Shown here one piece after another: positions 24,123 to 34,779 of a stretch of 64,000 bases of DNA. Location: assembly GCA_025201805.1 (NCBI GenBank), contig MU619314.1, positions 1-64,000 of the forward strand. The letters are read 5' to 3'. Source of the DNA: Parasitella parasitica NRRL 2501 (Eukaryota; Fungi; Mucoromycota). The stretch's first letter is position 1. Each line of letters starts with the position of its first letter. A program made the position numbers and the translations under genes. A model generated the notes under the pieces. The model saw nothing but the letters and a program-made list of their open reading frames with translations. It was not told the origin of the DNA and did not search any database.

Positions 24123-26450
24123 ATATCATTTTTTTTTCATGTTTACTTTTTACATAGTGTTTAGATATTCTTTAATAAAATAAAAAAATACAATATCCAA
24201 TATTTACATTCTTGCTGCTTTATATTCTTTGGTCAATATAACCTTGAATCAATACCTTTTTTAAACAGATAATTGTAACTCGAAACTCACAAATGCTATA
24301 AATGTATTCGTCCCGAATATAATATCCATCGATATAAATGTAAACAAAATTGTTGCTAATGTACTCTAGGAATGTGATTAACGGTGGCTTTAGTGAATAT
24401 CTTATTTACGAGTATGAAGATATGTTTCGAACAAGTCAAATGGGATAGTGTCAATCACAGATCGATACTCAAAGCTGAAAGCGTGAAATCACGCAGAATC
24501 AAGCCTGTCAAGCTTTGATCAGCCATTAACGAAAATTCCAAATCAGATGCTTGTTTTGTAATAAGTAAAACTTTGATTCTCTCCATAAAGCAGCAAGCAT
24601 CATTTATCATATTCGCAATAACCGATATGACAGCCATTACACATTTTTGGAAGGAGCGACAAGTGTGGTGGATAAAAGACGTACGCACATTGTCTATGTT
24701 TTTAAGATCGCTGTTCACTGGGAAATCATAGGTGAACTTAAGAAGGCCTGCTTATCACTTTGCGAGGTTTCAACTGGTGGTCTTGCAAGAAAAGGATTGA
24801 CAAACATAAAGAACTGGGCCGGTTCATCAATGACAGTGGCCATCCAACATGCTTCCTCCCTTTACCTGGAAATGAATGGGGAGAGCAATTCCCTGTGCAT
24901 CAATTAGTCTGTTGGACCTTGAATAAAAGCCAGTTTGATTTCGGCAGTCAATGGATAATATGTGCTGATTTAATCTACCTAGTGCTTTTAAAAAAAGCTA
25001 CGATTTTGATGCCCTTCAAGCACTTGATAGAAAATGGGAGGGCACTTTGTGTGTACTCTGCCCCCCCTTCCCCCAAACCCACTTTAGATACATCAGAGAC
25101 GTTTAGTTGAAGCATCTCTTCGAAAACGGCGGGTAATATGTGAAAAGTGCGATGATATAAGTACATATTATCAGGCGCCATTTCTGTGCTCAGATGTGAC
25201 AAACCAAGCACATTTTTTGGCACATTTATCATGTTTTTATAGCATCTTTTACAAGATGCACAAATCAAGAATGTTTGGAGCCTTATCGATTGTGGAACAG
25301 GGACTTCGCGGCGGGTGTTGAACTTTCGGCAAATCAGGCACAGTTACAGACATGAGCCTGGTCGTCCATCCAGATTCCAAAGGCAACATTTAAAACGCTC
25401 TTCTATGAATAACACCAACTTTCCAAGCAAGCATTCCGCTCTACGCTTAATATTAATGGCTGTGTTCTGCCTGAAGGATTGATTACTGGTAGAGTAAACC
25501 ATGATTCAGGTAAATTAAAATTTTTTTTTCGTCCGAAAACTTACTAATGACCTTGAATTGTGTAGAAAAAAAAATTGACATCGTCTTGGTTTAGCCTAAA
25601 AACCTGTAGAACAAAACCTCCTATTTTCTTTTATTTTCGATATTCAAGAAAGAGTGCATATAACCCACATGCATACATAATTTCAATACTTTCTTTATGT
25701 TCTATCGATTTTTTCTTACTTTTCTACATTGCATTTTTGGAGTCTGCCAGGAGAATTTTCTACGGATACTAGTTTACACTGAAGATCTACATATGATAGT
25801 CCTTTTAACAAAATACAACTTTTTGTTTTCAGAGGATAACAAATTTCTTTGTGTGATAAGGCAATAATTTTTAGCACACAATATCTGCATAATATCTTAG
25901 TTTTGAACAGTTGTTGATATAAAAAAGTTCGTTTATAAAAAGGGGCATGCATTTAAAATTCGAAGTTCTACATAGTAATAAGGCTACAAATTTTGTTACC
26001 TTTTAACCCTTTATATGAACCAATTAAATAAACTTATCGTTGGAAGTCGAGCGTTTGAATCTCTCGAAACAGAACGTGGCCTGATAAAAAAAGGTCGTGA
26101 TGGCAGTGGTTTTCATTCTATCTAATGGAAGTAGTGTGGGCTGAAGGGCCCATATGCTATAGTGATACACTCCAAACGTATTGAATAGATAAGTACTGTT
26201 TGAATGTTTGTGCAACTAAATGGCACCTGTTTTTACCAATTTGCATTGTCGAATAAATCCTAATTTGATCAATCTTGCTTGCTCCAAGTACAATAAACAC
26301 TCATATGATAAGGATAAATGCTACTTTTAACATTTGCAGTTACTTGGATTCTTAATCAAATTCCATTCTACTACCACACTTGAATGTGGTAGTGGTAAAC
26401 AAACAACTTGGTCATAAATTCCTGCGCTTTGTTAGCTGTTGCTTTGTTTA

Positions 26451-26763
26451 TGTTGTGCCAAAAAGGACCGAAGTTGAGCAATAATCAGACTTGATGGCAA
26501 GTTTTTGCACAATAATGACAAGGAGTAATTATGATATCTCAGGCTATTAACTTACATAATACCAAGTTCAATTTAAACCTATAAAGATGATGAATAGTGG
26601 TAGCATGAAAATTATTTAAGCATTATAGAAAGGATGGCATTTCTTATCAATAAAGGCGTCCTTAGTTCATGTGTTAGATCTATTCTTATAAAGTTCTATT
26701 TTTATATCTAAAGAAATCTACGAATTTTCTAACACATTATGTTCTTATATTCTCTGCACAATA
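26451..26763. mobile_element. Solo-LTR-like family E (copy E1), TSD GTTTA
   Basis: TGTTGTGC...GCACAATA near-perfect 8-bp inverted termini. TSD GTTTA (26446-26450 and 26764-26768). 5' half similar to 30813-31105. Confidence 0.75.
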
Positions 26764-26811
26764 GTTTACTTACTGTATACGGATCTTCTTTCCAATAAAT
26801 AAGGCTTAATA

Positions 26812-28456
26812 CACTTCAGAAATTATTGGGACATTTTGAAAAAAAATTGGTACAAATTCTGAACAAATATTGGGACAAACCTAATAAATATTGGGACACT
26901 TTTGGAAATTATAATGAGACAAAACTAAATGGGATTTGAGATGAAATCATAATTGATTTCTTCGTTATTCATAACATGTCAGATATCAGAATTTACTATG
27001 AAGATGAAATAAATGCTCCAGTCGATGAGCATGGAAACGAAGCTGTCGAAATGGATGTAGACGACGAAGCCTTCCCTCTCAGCAACATTACCAACTACAA
27101 TACTTACGTTGGTAGGAAACCACCTGAAAGAGACTTGACCACAGTAAAGGAGAAAAAGATTAAAGATAATAAGAATGAACCCAAGACTGAATACAACAGC
27201 TACACAGACAAAGACAAAGCAAGATTTTTTATCCTTATCTACGACCATGGCATGAATCCTAATCAAGCTTGGAAAGCGCATGGTCATATATCAAGGACAA
27301 CCGCTTATAGATTGTGCGCAGAGGATCAAAGAAAGGTTAACAAAGAAATTGAAGACGATGAAGAGCCTTCAGTTAAGAGAGCAGGTCGACCAAAACTATT
27401 GAACGAAGACCATACGAAGCACCTAAAAAAAGAATTTAAAGATAATCCATCAGTAACGATCGAACAAGCTCAAAAGAGTCTTAGGGCTTTCTCAGGTTTG
27501 ACTATCAGCCAAACGACTATTTACAGCTATATGACCAATGATCTTGCCCTGACATTCAAGAAAGCTCATTTCCATTCCAAAGAAAGAAACTCGCCAGAGA
27601 ACATTCAAAACCGGAATGACTGGGTGGTCAAATGGAGCCAAACCGGCATAGATTACATGTCCAACTGTGTTTTCATTGATCAGTCAGCCTTCCATATCAA
27701 CCTGAAGCGAACAATGGCTTGGTCAGAGAAAGGAACTCGAGCTGAAGTGCCTGTCCCTCAAACAAGAGCGAAAACTACCACTATTCTTGGTGCAACTAGC
27801 GTGTGGAGGTGTTGAATGTTTAAGTGAGGCTGCCTGGAACATCCAACAAGAAAAAAAAGTCGGCTGGCACGTCTTCTGGAAAAGCAACAACAACTATGGG
27901 TACTGTAACTGGCCATTACTTTAATTTTGTTGCGAAAACGATGGACATCATGGACCAGCATGAGCAATTCAAAGATTTTTATCTTATTATGAACAATGCA
28001 CCTATTAATACAGCTAAGGATATTGAAAGGTATATCATTCAGCGAGGTTACAGATGTGTTTACCTCCCACCATACTCCCCTGAGCTTAATCCTATTGAGC
28101 AATTCTGGCATGTGGTCAAGAGTAAGCTCAAGAGGGAGAGGCTCTTAAAAACTGAAACACTTTCGACCAGGATTACCGATGCATGCAATGATGCATTGTA
28201 CAGTGATCTTGAAGGTTCTGCTCGCTACTCTGTTAAGAAATTCGATGTTTGTTTAGTGAAAGAGCCTTTGTAATAAATAAATTTTACTTGTTCTGAAAAT
28301 GTCTCAACGTTTTTTCCAAAAGTGTCCCAATATTTATTAGGCTAATGTCCCAAATCATTTCTAGATTTGTCCCAAATTTAATGATATGTCCCAATAGTTG
28401 TTCAGAATTTGTACCAAATTTTTTTCAAAATGTCTCAATAATTTCTGAAAATAGTG
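26812..28456 (+). mobile_element. Tc1/mariner-IS630 superfamily DNA transposon (DD34E), inactive
   Basis: TA flanks (26810-26811 and 28457-28458). TIRs of ~110 and ~157 bp beginning CACT(ATTT)TCAGAAATTATTG. Internal transposase. Confidence 0.93.
26976..28273 (+). pseudogene. Frameshifted DD34E transposase
   Basis: GRPKLL HTH linker; NCVFIDQS (usually DES); frameshift near 27800; IMNNAP (catalytic D replaced by N); LPPYSPELNPIEQFW with 34 residues between the second and third catalytic positions. Confidence 0.9.
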
Positions 28457-28557
28457 TATGCTGTGTTCAAACTAAAGGTACATACCTATGGATAATAACG
28501 TTTTAATAAATTTGAATCTTTATGGTTTACCAAAATGAGAAACTATTACAACAAAGC

Positions 28558-29220
28558 TGTTGTGAATTAGTCAGGTGAAGACATCGTTTATTACGTGTAA
28601 AATATGATTGTTATATCCATAGAATACCATGGTTACCACTATTTCAACTCAGTTGTCATGGCAACCGTTCCTGATCGGATCTAAGGTTAAATGGCATCGA
28701 TTATTCTATCTAGTAAATAGAAGTATTCAATAGAATGTCTTGTATAATAAACCATCTATTTGGGTTCTACTTATTCTAAATTGCGAAAAGCTCAACTTAT
28801 CGATGAATGATTCACATTCATAAGATTAGCTGATTAAGTATAGAAATAGGTCTTGCTCTGACTACTACTGTGTTATAATCTTGTTTGGCAACTAATTGTC
28901 AAACATGACCTGATTGTATTTTATAGATTGTTTTAGATAGATTTATTCTAATATAAATAGACAGCTTCTTGTCAATCAATAAATCAATAGTTTTGTGTCT
29001 GGTAAATTAAGTCTTTATTACTTTCTTATATTCTTTATATCATATACAATCACCTGCTGTGTTCAATTTCGAGACCTGGCACAACAATGATGGTTTATAC
29101 TCTAGTGGACCTACTGATAGGAGGGTAGCGTGTAAGAGTAGTATGACATGGTGTCATTTAGAGAATGTGGCGATATATTGTATATATTTTCTATGACCAT
29201 ATGATGTTAACTTAAGAATA
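28558..29220 (+). mobile_element. Solo-LTR-like family B (copy B3, 5' part) interrupted by C2
   Basis: Starts TGTTGTGAATTAGTCAGGTGAAGACATCGTTTATTAC, matching 2091-2135. Resumes ATGATGGTTTATA...GACATGGTGTCATTTAGAGA after 29086. Confidence 0.7.
28609..29086 (+). mobile_element. Solo-LTR-like family C (copy C2) nested in B3, TSD ATGAT
   Basis: TGTT...AACA termini. Perfect TSD ATGAT (28604-28608 and 29087-29091). Similar to 16005-16350. Confidence 0.85.
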
Positions 29221-30371
29221 TTTGCAATGGAATGGTATAACTAAAAGCGCATAACTGAAAAAAGAAGACTCAAATGTCACGTATAGTCAATTCATGCCAT
29301 TCGAGTTCGCATAACATATAAAGTCATATAAATCAAATCGAATTACAAATACAATTTAAGACCTTATCAATGAATGTCGTGTGAAGGAAAACACTCCTGA
29401 TCAAAGTGCTTTCCCTTACACAATAGACATTCAGAATAAGAATAATGATGACAAAGATATCAATTATGGCAGCTCGTCATTCAATGAGTTTTTCCCATCA
29501 TTCTAGATAAGGATATCTTTAACACAATAACTAAAGTATGACGATAGCCATCCTAACACGGCCAACCAATATTACGCGAATCTCCATCAATGGTGAAAGC
29601 ATTCAGCATAATTTGCTTCTCCTTAAAACCTAAAATTAAACAACGACAAATTAACGCATTGACTCTAGGATCATGAGAACTGATATACAACAATTCAAGT
29701 CCTATAAATACTAAGATGTTTTTCTCTAGATAAAACCTCAGTATACTTTTATAATAAAGAACCCCTAACTTGATTATAATTGTAATTTCATATCGCTTTT
29801 ATTTTTACTTCTTTTTTATTTCGTAAATCTTTCAAATTTACTGCAATACATTCCTAAATTTCAACTGCATACGAAAAATGAAAAATTGTTTCGCTGTGAT
29901 TCAGATTAGTTACGGGTAAGAAATATAATCAGGCTATTGGGAGAATTGTATAAAAATCTGCTTGTCGCACTACCATATTGCAATATTTGTATTGAATTCT
30001 AATGATACAAGTTTTACCAAAATAACAAAAATGGTCAAAGTAGCATGCTCATATTAAATATTTTTTTGCTGAAAACAAAAATCACATATCCACAAATTAG
30101 TAGAACCAAATTATTATTTAAATATAATCCTTGGTTATTAACAATATTATCAAGCTGCTGTTAGGATAGCCATATATTATATGTGCAGCGAAACGCAGTA
30201 AAAAAAGTGTAAAAAAGCAAGATACGATTAAAATCCTTCTTTATTTTGAAAGTAGATTGAATGTGCAATAAGCTGTTATTTTACATCTCTATTTATATTA
30301 TTTGGGTGTCGTCTTACTAGCAGACAATTGTTTCGTTATTTCTTAACGGTTCCATTATTCTTTATATGTTG

Positions 30372-30644
30372 TGTTGTGAATTCTAATCAGCCGTTCTGGC
30401 TTAGTACTATACTATCATACTACTTGGGTTGATTAGAGATGGTCATTCATCAGGTCAATAGAATAATTCTATCGTAGCTATTCTAATCTTACGTGAGTGT
30501 GAATATTATTGAGTTGTTTATTGACGTTGTTGATTAACGATGAATCAAGGACGGCATTTGAAACATAATTCTTATTCATGCGATTAGGAAGCTTTCATTG
30601 TTTGATGAATTGTTCCTTTTCAGGCTTTAGTTTGTGGCACAACA
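30372..30644 (+). mobile_element. Probable solo-LTR-like element (family D)
   Basis: TGTTGTG...CACAACA perfect 7-bp inverted termini. Flanks TGTTG/TGCTA differ by two transitions. Confidence 0.55.
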
Positions 30645-30796
30645 TGCTATTTTGACATATGTCAATTTCTATGCCTGCTATATTTGTTTATTTTTGTAGT
30701 CATAGCTTCTATTGTTGAGAAGATGACAATATTTTATGATGGGAATCTAGTCTTGTTCACTTCAATATGAATGAGAAATTGTTCAACAAATGATTT

Positions 30797-31335
30797 GGAT
30801 TTGAATTGATCATGTTGTGCCAGAAAGGCATGAGATTAAGCAATTATTAGATTGTTAATTGTCTGTATACAATGACAAGAAATAAGCTATTAATGTACAA
30901 TAGAACATGTAATAAACTTGGTACCTACCAAGTTCAATGTTTTACCATGGTGACAAATATTGTTATAATATATATAATCTAGTATAAAACGATGGCATTT
31001 TTTTTTTTTTAATAAGGCTATTAGTTTTTGTGTCTGATTTTATTTTTATAAAGTTATACATTTTTTTTTTAGCAGATTATATCTATATATCCTCCACGCA
31101 TAACAGATCAGGTAAAGATCTCGTTTATTAGATGAAAAATATGATGGTTTATATACTAGTGAACCTAAGTGAACTGATGGGAGGGGATAAGGTGTAAGTG
31201 TGAGATATAGTGTAATTCAGAGAAAGGGATGATAGATTGTTATCTCTCATTGTCTATGATCTACTGAAATATATTCCTGGATTGTGTTCAGTATTTAGCT
31301 TGATTTTGACTTCCGGTCGGAAAATTGACGCATCA
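30797..31335 (+). mobile_element. Solo-LTR-like family B (copy B4, 5' part) interrupted by E2
   Basis: TTGAATTGATCA|GGTAAAGATCTCGTTTATTA...TTTGACTTCCGGT.GGAAAATTGAC.CATCA is collinear with B2. Confidence 0.75.
30813..31105. mobile_element. Solo-LTR-like family E (copy E2) nested in B4, TSD GATCA
   Basis: TGTTGTGC...GCATAACA termini. Perfect TSD GATCA (30808-30812 and 31106-31110). Similar to 26451-26763. Confidence 0.85.
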
Positions 31336-31661
31336 AACCATTTGCAAGCTTTCATTTCTAGTTTTTAACAATTATACGCATTGTAATTTGAAAAATTTCA
31401 AAATATGGAGTAATTATTCCTTGTTATAATTGCGAATTTGTGATAATTTGAGAAAAAGCGAACCACATCATGGTATGTTTGTAGGCAGGAACTTTGGCCA
31501 GGTATGTGTGTATACCGTACCTTAAAAATCGTGTATTGATTAGCTATGCAATAAAACATAGTGAATAAGGGTAGTAAAAATCATTATTATCAAGTGCAAA
31601 AAGACATTCGAGCGTTTATATATGTAAGGAAATGAGGAGATGATATTTGTTATAAATAGAA

Positions 31662-33580
31662 TTAATGTTGAGCAGAATTCATGGCAGATGCTAGACTTTG
31701 TATAGTGCACAATGCTATTTTGATATTTTTATAGTCAGGATGAGTCGATTCGGTATGTTTTTGAAGATCTATAAGTTTTTGAAATTTTCATTATATACCA
31801 TTCTTTAGAGATAGAATTATTATGTAGACATATACATACCTGTCAACAGAAGACCATAGCGAGTAACTCGTTGAATAGGAATGATTAAATATTCATCCAG
31901 TGTGAACTGCCTCGTTTCTTTCTTCAATGATAGTTTTTCCTCGTATAGTTTGTAGCCCTTGTTGTTTTTTTTCTGGTCTAGTAACTTTTTGTTGGCCTCA
32001 TAATCCAAAGCACATCTTAGAAATGTTACCAAGAATTCAGTCATCTCCCGCAAAGCCACCCCAATGCTTGGTTGATCACTAGTCTGATCATTTGCACCAT
32101 GGACATTATCTTTGCAAGGTATTTTATCTACCTGAAACTCCCTTAAACGACGAATTAATGTAGCCGAAAACGCCATAAGATCTTCAAGATTTGCAAACAA
32201 GTCCATATCAGTTGGACGAGCTAAAATGCTACCCCTTTCTAATGCCAGCGTCAGTGGATTACAAAACATCTACAAAAAATTGTGTTGGGAAAAATTTATA
32301 TATTATCTTTGATCAATATGTACCACTTTTGAAAAGTTCAATTGGTTCCAAAATGTGATTTCAGTTGTATAGAACTCTTGAAGTATAAAGCGCCTAGTCA
32401 AGAGATATCTCGCTTTTTTGGCTGGAGACTGGAAGTTAAAAAATAAGTAATGCATATTTGATTCATTTTTGAAAGAAATACTTGCAATAATATTATCCCT
32501 TTGTTGGACAGAAAAGAAATGATTTAACGCTATTAATAATTGGGTTTGCCATTCGTTTAAAGCTTTTTGTTCAGTCTTTAGGTTGTGCCTATGCTTTGGC
32601 TTTGTCGTCCTTGGTTGAATATTCCTGAAGTCCAATACGAGTTCATTGGTATCTGGTACGTACACACTAATTAGTGTATTTTTGTTATCTGTTTTATTTT
32701 TCGATAAAGGCGGTGATGAGGGAGGTGCTGAGGAAGATGATGATGGTAATGATGATGTTGAGGTGGATGGTGATGGCAATGGTTGAAATGTACCACCCTC
32801 CGTTGAAACTCCCTTTTTCATATTGAGCGGTTGAATAGGAATGATGGATAGAAGTTTTCTGCATTTGGATCTCGGTAGAGTTTTCACAGTTTCATCATGA
32901 TAAGATCCTTGATCATCATATTCTGGACAACTTTGTCTTCTTAGAGCCAAATCATCGTCTTCTAATTGAATAGCATCATCTTCAAGACTAACAGTCGATG
33001 TAGAAGATACAGAAGACGATTTTTTGTGATGAAAGTTCCACTCATAAAATGGAAGGATATCAGAGTAAACACTCGAGCTTCTTCTACTTGCAACAGGTGT
33101 AACTGGAGTGCTTATTGAATGACTGACATCATTTTTCCATGACAACATCGCTGTTGAATCTTTCAAATTTGTCGACCAGTCTAGGTTAAAGAGGAGTTGT
33201 GGCGGCGGTTCTGGAGGTTCCACTAATCCAGGTTTGAGGCCACCAAAACCTCTTCTAGGTGGAGTTGATTGTTGTCTCTTTAGGGTCATACGAGGTAATT
33301 GAAACCATTTCTTCTTATTATCGTAATGATATGAATGTCTGTGAGTATTTTGCTTCAGATCTGGAAACGACTGATGGTATGTAGATAAGCTATCATAAAT
33401 TGCACTCTTTGATCTTTTATGTTGTTCGACGGGTGATGTTGAACAGTAGAAATCTTGATTTTTATTGTAGTGTTTAATTGAGTTGGTAGATGTCAAATGA
33501 TCTTTAGTTGCTTCCTCATCTTCATGCCATTTTGATGTGTCAATTTCAAGTTTTTCAACTTTATCTATGATGGCTTCCAT
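31662..33580 (-). CDS. Dbl-homology (RhoGEF) domain protein, Ser-rich N-terminus, no PH domain
   Basis: RRFILQEFYTTEITFWNQL, LFANLEDL, LDEYLIIPIQRVTRYGLLL, DLQKHTESTHPDY; stops right after the DH domain. Confidence 0.88.
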
Positions 33581-34005
33581 TCAATATACAGTACCGATAA
33601 ATGTAATATGTAGTAGAAGAGGATGAAAGAGGTGTCAGAATCAAATGTTAAACGTATTAAAAAAGATTTAGGTTTCATATTTACGAGTCAAATTCAGTAA
33701 TCTTTCTTGGATCGTGAAGGCATTTTTATCTCCATTTGAACCTAAGAAGCGCATATGTATGCATATTATCATGGATTATTCTTTGGGAATTCATAAAGCC
33801 TCTTATGTCAATAGAAAATAAGCCAAAGCAACAGCAATTTATACATGTTCATTAAACAAGTAGCGTAATTGTTCACCCAATGCTTCTTTTGGAATGAAAA
33901 TCAAACTCCATTGTCTGTACATTTGATATGAATGTTCTTAATTTTCACCCCAGCTCTCCTTCTCTTTTATTCTTTTCTCAAAAAAAAAAACCCCCTAATA
34001 TCAGC

Positions 34006-34761
34006 ATGTCAAATATATTGAAAATAGTCGTTTCAATTAGACCTGCAATTCGCTTAAGCGCCCCTTTGAGATGTGCTGTTATTAAACCATCAGCTCAACA
34101 CTTATTAAACAGATGTAAGTCGTTCGATTGAAACCTTGAGGCAAAAAGCTGAAATATATTTTAGCTTTCTCGGCTAATTTTCCCAAGTTTGACAGACTTG
34201 CTGATGCTGAGGAACAAATTAAAATTGGTGCTGACTACATGAACAAGGGTTCACTTGACATGGTAAAAAGGCATTTAGCAATACCCCGCCCCCCTGAATT
34301 ATTCTATTCACATTGACATAGGCTATGAATAGCTTCCACAAAAGTGTCCAAGCCGCTCCTAGTGGTGCTGGTTACTTCAATATTGGCGTATGTTATTTTC
34401 AAATGGGTACCTAATATATGCATGTTGTGTAAACCATTGTGATTTATCAAATTTTATAGGCAAGCACAAGGACGCTATCGAGTCTTTTAAACGATCATTA
34501 TATTATACTCCTAACTCAGCAGATGCTCATACCAACATTGCTTCAGGTTATTTAATGCTGAAGGACACAACGAATGCCATCAAGCATTTAGAGCAAGCAT
34601 CTAATTTTAACCCACTAGATGGCGAAGTCCAATACAACCTTGCCTGTGTCTATGAAGCTGTTGGTAGATTGCAAGATGCTAAAATCAGGTTCGAAAGAGC
34701 TGGGCTAATGGGGATTGATAGAGCAGTTACAGCCTTGGAAAAATTGAAGAAAAAGTTGTAA
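34006..34761 (+). CDS. Small TPR-repeat protein with basic, mitochondrial-presequence-like N-terminus
   Basis: Spliced exons give GYFNIGVCYFQMGKHKDAIESF..., ADAHTNIA..., GEVQYNLACVYEAVG (TPR consensus). Confidence 0.8.
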
Positions 34762-34779
34762 AATAAAGTAGCTTTTTAT

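Noticed and set aside
24400-26300. Scattered 60-120 aa ORFs in slightly GC-richer DNA
   Set aside because: Probably an eroded gene or transposon, but I could not recognise any motif or boundary.
28300-28440. Regularly spaced short repeats resembling a CRISPR array
   Set aside because: Eukaryotic context; the repeats are ~10 bp and mirrored at the other end of the transposon, so they are TIR sub-repeats.
29275-29880. Further LTR-like sequence (TGTCAC start, TATAAATA, AATAAA)
   Set aside because: No matching end or TSD could be assigned.
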